Shown: piece by piece, positions 51,577-64,000 of the stretch | Layout of the letters: every line of letters begins with the position of its first letter | Position numbering within the stretch: the first letter of the stretch is position 1 | Sequence record: MH791411.1 | Source of the DNA: Escherichia phage Ecwhy_1 | DNA: 64,000 bases | Direction: 5' to 3' (one strand) | Made by a program: the position numbers and the translations under genes | The notes under the pieces: model-generated | The model's input: the letters and a program-made list of their open reading frames with translations, nothing else | The model's database searches: none | What the model was told of the DNA's origin: nothing

Positions 51577-53541
51577 TTATTCCATCCAGTTCTTACGATC
51601 ATCAGCACGTTTCTTGTTGAAAATCAAATCAAGAGTTTCACCAAGACGACCATCATCTGTAATCGCTACTGCAACACTGTTAGTGAATGCATCACGGAAG
51701 TTTGCTTTTTCTAACGTACCCAATCCTTTCGCACGGGTTGCTTTCCAACCTTTCCAATCATCTGGGTTGTATTCATGTACATCATGACCATAGTAGTACT
51801 TGGATTCCTTACCTTTCTCTAGAATGATGAATGGTGTTTTGAATATATACACAAATGGATTCTCTGGGTCTTGGAATAGTTCAGGCCAGAATTTGTATAG
51901 GAAGTTACATACTAAAGCACCAATGTTCTTTCCATCCTCATCTTCATCGGCACAGATATAAAGCTTACCATAGTTAAGGTCTGCTCTTTCCGCTTTTACA
52001 CCAGGAATCAGGTTGATACTCGCCATTATATCATGCAATGCCATTGAATCCATTAATTCTTTGGTTTTCTCATTACCACTGACGTTCATAATCTTACCAC
52101 GCAATGGTAGAATACCATGAACTTTAGGATCACGAGCACTTGCCATGTTGGAAATAGCAGAATCACCCTCAGCAATTAGTAGGATGCAGGTGGAACGATC
52201 TGTGCCAGTACTGTCAAGTAGTTTTGCAACTTTACCTTTCAGTAGTTTTTTAGCTAGACGGCGATCTTCTTCTGCATCTTTCTTGTTGGTACGAGCAGCA
52301 CAGCGTTCAAAAATTTCATCAATCCACTCTTTGTTCTTCTTGACTAATTCATCGAACCATTCAGAATTCATCGCTTGTTGAATTGGACGAATAACGTTTT
52401 CGTTAGTTAGTTTTGATTTAATCTGTGAGTTGAATGATGGTGCTTTCATCGTTGTTACGTTATAAATCAACAGACCTTCTTCAATATCAGAGCGGTTAGG
52501 TTTCATCTTGCGTTTCTTTGATTCTTTCTCTAGAGCAGTTCCTACTCCTAATGAGAAGAATTTCTTGAATGTATCAAGATGTGTACCACCATCAAATGCT
52601 GGGGCATTGTTAACCAAACCATGCATATGGAAGTTAGTGTTCATACCCGATACTGCATTAGGAACAATGTAGAAAGTACTGTTAAAGTTGAATGATTCAT
52701 CTTTAACGTTCAATTGCATCAGTTTAGATGCGTTGAATAGTGCTTTTTCAGTAGTTCCTTTAATTGCAATACGCTTACCGTTAAGGAAAATCTTATAGGT
52801 AGGGTTAGCAGCAGACATTTCTTTCAAAATACTGTATAACAATTCGGTTGGCAGTTTACGGTTAGGAAATACCTCAGAACTCAGAGTGAAGCGAATTGTT
52901 GTTCCAGTCTTATCTGCTTGAACCTTACGAATAGTTGGTTCATGTACATGAAGTTCAGGAAACATAATAGTTCCTTCTTCGAACTTCTGATTGAACTTAT
53001 AAAAACCGTCATATCCGTCATTGCTACTTTGTGTTTTATACGGGCGACCTTGGCGATGGATTTCAAGTTCAGCTTTAGAACTTACAATCATTGCAACTGA
53101 ACCGCCCAATCCATTCTGACCGATTGTTTCATCACGCTTCGAGTCATCAAAGTTGCGACCAGTTTTAGTTTCAGTCATTACCATTGTACATAGATTTTTC
53201 TGATACTCAGGAACATAGTCAATTGGAATACCACGACCATTATCACTGATCTCAAAGGATAACTCTTCTTCATTGAAATCAACTTTGAGTACTGGCTCTT
53301 TTGTTCCAGCTTTTTTAAATTCATCTAAGCTGTTATCGATAATTTCACGAGTAGCAGTTAGAATTGCAGGAACCCACTCAACGTTTTTAACTTCATATCC
53401 AGACTCACCAAAGATCAGTACTTGACTTTCGTGAACAGAACGTGAACCCAGATACATCTCAGTACGTAAGCGAGCATGTTGATAATCGTTTAGACGTTGT
53501 ACATCATGTTCCTGAAGAACAGCACTTTCTTTCTTAGCCAT
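51577..53541 (-). CDS. DNA topoisomerase II large subunit (gp39-like, GyrB-type ATPase + Toprim)
   Basis: GHKL-like ISDNGRGIP, GLGGSVA, Toprim ILLIAEGDSA, acidic DEDEDGKNIG; 654 aa, unsplit. Confidence 0.8.
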   Translation of the reverse strand: MAKKESAVLQEHDVQRLNDYQHARLRTEMYLGSRSVHESQVLIFGESGYEVKNVEWVPAILTATREIIDNSLDEFKKAGTKEPVLKVDFNEEELSFEISDNGRGIPIDYVPEYQKNLCTMVMTETKTGRNFDDSKRDETIGQNGLGGSVAMIVSSKAELEIHRQGRPYKTQSSNDGYDGFYKFNQKFEEGTIMFPELHVHEPTIRKVQADKTGTTIRFTLSSEVFPNRKLPTELLYSILKEMSAANPTYKIFLNGKRIAIKGTTEKALFNASKLMQLNVKDESFNFNSTFYIVPNAVSGMNTNFHMHGLVNNAPAFDGGTHLDTFKKFFSLGVGTALEKESKKRKMKPNRSDIEEGLLIYNVTTMKAPSFNSQIKSKLTNENVIRPIQQAMNSEWFDELVKKNKEWIDEIFERCAARTNKKDAEEDRRLAKKLLKGKVAKLLDSTGTDRSTCILLIAEGDSAISNMASARDPKVHGILPLRGKIMNVSGNEKTKELMDSMALHDIMASINLIPGVKAERADLNYGKLYICADEDEDGKNIGALVCNFLYKFWPELFQDPENPFVYIFKTPFIILEKGKESKYYYGHDVHEYNPDDWKGWKATRAKGLGTLEKANFRDAFTNSVAVAITDDGRLGETLDLIFNKKRADDRKNWME

Positions 53542-53640
53542 TTGAATTCCTTTTTAATGTCTCTTTGTCATGCAACATTGTATCATCAATGCTTTGTTTG
53601 TCTCAAAAAAATATCGGGACATTAAATGCCCCGACAATTA

Positions 53641-54434
53641 TTATTTTACCAGAAGTAATTGTAATTCAGCACTAGGACTAAATTCATCATCACTCCAGTA
53701 CTTATGAACCTTCTCTGGACTAGCCTTAGCCAATACTTCACCACCACCCACAATGTAGACTTGGTGTGAACCAATCAATCGGGTCCAGAATTTAATTGCA
53801 TCATCTGTGTGAAGACTGTCACTTAGTACTTTAATACCATGAGAAACCATATCCATAAAGATATTATAGATGATACCTTTAGTACCAGTTTTAGAGGCCG
53901 TAGCGGAAATCTCAAACACTTGTGGTACACCAACCACTGCATCATTCGACAAATGTCCACTAACGATAGCAAGCTGTTTACCCGCTTTATCATAGGCAAT
54001 AAACCCAGTACCATTCTTATTCATAAACACATCATAATCTTTGTGTTCTGCGAACTTAACCATGTTGTGCTTACCTGTCATCTCAGCAGTTTTGTCAACG
54101 AACTCGTCACGGTCTTGGCCTTGGAAACTATCGAAACGTTGTGGCATTTCTTCCAATTTCTCTTTATGGTCTTCTTCACATGAATCCATTATATCACTAG
54201 TTCTGTCTTCTGTATCAGCTAATTCTGCATCTTGTACAATATCAACCAAACCACGCATACTAGATTCTTTTACTTTATTAGGGAGTTTTGAACCTTTCTT
54301 AAGATTTCCCTCTTTTTCATCGGCTGCATTCCACTCTTTTGCTGCACTTTGTGAAATCCCTGCTTTTTTGGCGAATTCAGGATTATGGGCAGCAGCAGCG
54401 AAGAATTTCGCTTGGCTTTTACTTTTACTTGGCA

Positions 54435-54435
<1 letters not shown>
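53641..54435 (-). CDS. hypothetical protein
   Basis: Six-frame ORF, 264 aa; N-terminus SKSKSQAKFFAAAAHNPEFAKKAG. Confidence 0.5.
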
Positions 54436-56578
<2,143 letters not shown>

Positions 56579-56615
56579 AGATATCTAATCTTGGAGTTTT
56601 TTAGGTTATATACTG

Positions 56616-57678
<1,063 letters not shown>

Positions 57679-57747
57679 GTAATAAAAGCTCCGATATGGT
57701 TTTAATGTTTAATTCGATAGTAATTATAGCTAAGAACTAATGTTCTG

Positions 57748-57942
57748 TCAAGCACTATCATTATGTTTTTTAATTGCTTCACAGATTGCTTGAACTTGCA
57801 CTAGATAAGTTTTAGCAAACTCTGCTTGAGTACGCACGCGTGGATTTGGTGCATCTTTGATCATAAGTTCTAAGTCATAAACTACTTTATCGAAAACACC
57901 CTTGTCTTCAATAATACGATCATAAAAGGTTTTGTCAGTCAT
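57748..57942 (-). CDS. hypothetical protein
   Basis: Six-frame ORF, 64 aa. Confidence 0.45.
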   Translation of the reverse strand: MTDKTFYDRIIEDKGVFDKVVYDLELMIKDAPNPRVRTQAEFAKTYLVQVQAICEAIKKHNDSA

Positions 57943-57965
57943 GTCAAGAACTCCATGTGGTTAAA

Positions 57966-58556
57966 TTATAATTTTACGTAAGAAACTACAGAAGCATCAG
58001 TAATAGAAGGTACGTTTAGGTACACATTCTCGTACTCAATGAAATCAACAGTGGTGGTAGATAGTGCATCTTTATCACGTTGGATTGTTTTCTGTACAGA
58101 AATTTCTTCATTCTCAATTGCGTTAGTACCGTCACCTTTTAGGGATTCGTTTAGCAACTCTTGAATAACTTCTGCTGCTTTAGCAGTTTTAAGATCAACA
58201 GTGGTTAGTGCAGCTTGTTCTTCAACACTTAGAGTGCTTAGGAATGGCTCGTAGCTGATATAACCAACATTGATGGTTGCACCAGTTGGAATAGTTGCTG
58301 CTGTGCCTGGGGTAGCAAATTCAACAGTACAATACACTGGGACAGAATAAGTTGATAGTAGACGTGTAACCTGTAGGTAACGTAGTAGTGCTACAGACTT
58401 GTCAATTGTTTGTTGGTCGGTTGGTGCAGTTGTTGGGGAAGATGAATCATAATCTTCATACATATAATAAGGAATATTATCTAGATTTGTCCCTGCAACT
58501 TCAATTTTGAATACTTGTAGTAAATTGTTCATTGTATATTCTTCTCCATAATACAA
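57966..58556 (-). CDS. hypothetical protein
   Basis: Six-frame ORF, 196 aa. Confidence 0.5.
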   Translation of the reverse strand: MYYGEEYTMNNLLQVFKIEVAGTNLDNIPYYMYEDYDSSSPTTAPTDQQTIDKSVALLRYLQVTRLLSTYSVPVYCTVEFATPGTAATIPTGATINVGYISYEPFLSTLSVEEQAALTTVDLKTAKAAEVIQELLNESLKGDGTNAIENEEISVQKTIQRDKDALSTTTVDFIEYENVYLNVPSITDASVVSYVKL

Positions 58557-58615
58557 AACACTTTTGATTATTTATTGTTAAGAATCAAAATTATTTGTGT
58601 ATATCATTTAGTCTA

Positions 58616-59959
58616 TTAGAATCGTGCATTCTGACGCAACATAACATTGTAACGCGGTCGTGTCATAGCAGTGTATAGGATTCTGCATTTTGTATCGTTA
58701 GTTCCGATACGCTCAATAAAATCAGTATCAAACCAGATGTTATCGAATGTACTTCCTTGTGATTTGTGAACAGTTGTTGCATAAGGATAATTGATAATAT
58801 GTAATTTGTTTTTAATCACATAGTAATCTTGCCACATATATGGTTTCTTTGTCAATGGGTTGATTTCTTTTTTCTCAATGTTTTTAACTAGTTCATCGAG
58901 TTTAGCTTCCATTGCAATTCTCGTTTCTGGTCCTACACCTAAGATGTAGCTACCATTTGGTAAACGGAATTGCCAACAATCAATACCCATGAAACTTTCG
59001 GTTTTCACATCAGGACATTGGATGATTTGCTGAACCACATATGGACTGTTCTCAGTGATGCTTTCAAAGACAATCGGTTCACCTTTTGTGAATTCCTCTG
59101 GTACTTCAAACAATTGGCTACGAATGTAGATGTTAGCCAAGTTCACACGGTAGTTGGTGTATGCCAAGATTTTATTTTCATTAACAAAATCAAATATCTT
59201 CTTAGCTGAACCTTTGTTCTCCATAATGAATTCACGGTAAACTTCCAAGAAAAGATCTTCATCTTCAATTGGTGTAATAGTACTCAAACCATGTGTCTGG
59301 TGCATAATATCAAACGGGTTCTTGGATGTACCTATGCACTCACGAATTGCAGTTGCAATTGCAAGTATAGGGTTATCCAACGCTTGACGTAAAACTTCTG
59401 TTAATTCATATTGTACTGGAACATCAAAAGTAGGGGAAAGCTTAGTTTCTCCTATTGTTCCTTCTGATTCAACTGGAGGCAACTGACAGCGATCACCGAT
59501 GAATAAAACCGCTCGGCGAACACGCCACAATTGATCCTGAATGTGTTGAAACAGTTCTTCTGAAATCATACTACATTCATCGACAATTAGAATATCAACA
59601 TTAGTATTACTAACTTTACTTTGTGGGTCATGCTTCAGTACTTGACGATTCTTTTCATATACTAGTTTTAAACCTAGAAATGAGTGAATAGTACTAACCT
59701 GTGCATCTTCTTTAGTTAACCCAGCATTGTTGATTAGCATATTGCGAATAACAGAGTTTGCCTTGTGTGTTGGCGATGTTACTGCAATATTGTAATTTTT
59801 ACATAGTGCTTTAACAATCTCAGCAGTAGTGAAAGTTTTACCTGTACCCGCTGGTGCTGACAGTACAGATATAGTTTTACCTGCATAATTATAAACACGA
59901 TCTACAAAATTATCAAAAATTTCTTGTTGCTTATCCGTAAGCTTGATTTTACTCATCAT
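58616..59959 (-). CDS. dda: Dda-like SF1B DNA helicase
   Basis: Walker A SAPAGTGKTF, Walker B ILIVDECSMI, LTEVLRQ, YATTVHKSQGSTFD, ILYTAMTRPRYNV; size about 447 aa as for T4 Dda. Confidence 0.8.
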   Translation of the reverse strand: MMSKIKLTDKQQEIFDNFVDRVYNYAGKTISVLSAPAGTGKTFTTAEIVKALCKNYNIAVTSPTHKANSVIRNMLINNAGLTKEDAQVSTIHSFLGLKLVYEKNRQVLKHDPQSKVSNTNVDILIVDECSMISEELFQHIQDQLWRVRRAVLFIGDRCQLPPVESEGTIGETKLSPTFDVPVQYELTEVLRQALDNPILAIATAIRECIGTSKNPFDIMHQTHGLSTITPIEDEDLFLEVYREFIMENKGSAKKIFDFVNENKILAYTNYRVNLANIYIRSQLFEVPEEFTKGEPIVFESITENSPYVVQQIIQCPDVKTESFMGIDCWQFRLPNGSYILGVGPETRIAMEAKLDELVKNIEKKEINPLTKKPYMWQDYYVIKNKLHIINYPYATTVHKSQGSTFDNIWFDTDFIERIGTNDTKCRILYTAMTRPRYNVMLRQNARF

Positions 59960-59981
59960 TCCCTCGACTGATTATTACACT

Positions 59982-61290
<1,309 letters not shown>

Positions 61291-61367
61291 TTATTACTTT
61301 AACTCCATATAAACTATCAAAAAAACGTAAATTTGGGTAAATACTTTATAAAAATAACAATAAGATT

Positions 61368-63986
<2,619 letters not shown>

Positions 63987-64000
63987 TTAGACTTGTTAGC

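Overview
This window reads as an AT-rich segment of a large virulent phage genome of the T4-like replication type, with almost every gene on the minus strand. All calls come from reading the six-frame translations and the DNA by eye; no database search or folding program was run. The 3' (high-coordinate) half carries a replication and nucleotide-metabolism module: dihydrofolate reductase, bacterial-type RNase HI, Dda-like helicase, both topoisomerase II subunits (gp39-like and gp52-like), a gp44-like clamp loader, a DexA-like exonuclease and a GroES-like co-chaperonin. It also holds several unexpected host-like genes: an IF-3 homolog, a TelA-like protein, a NADAR-like protein, a KTSC-domain protein and an HAD-like hydrolase. 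The 5' half is a host-takeover-like region of small genes with a sigma-70-family sigma factor next to an HslV-like peptidase, an orphan C5 cytosine methyltransferase, a dispersed tRNA cluster (six canonical, two atypical), consensus sigma-70-type promoters and several intrinsic terminators. The most striking feature is a paralogous family of at least 19 small proteins sharing a C-terminal motif (acidic-acidic-x-x-F-[Q/M]-x-S-[T/L]-[V/I]), including eight near-consecutive copies at 29.7-33.4 kb. A second small family (N-terminus MTHEEW, five copies) sits inside the tRNA cluster. No CRISPR array, integrase or structural (capsid/tail) module was recognised.
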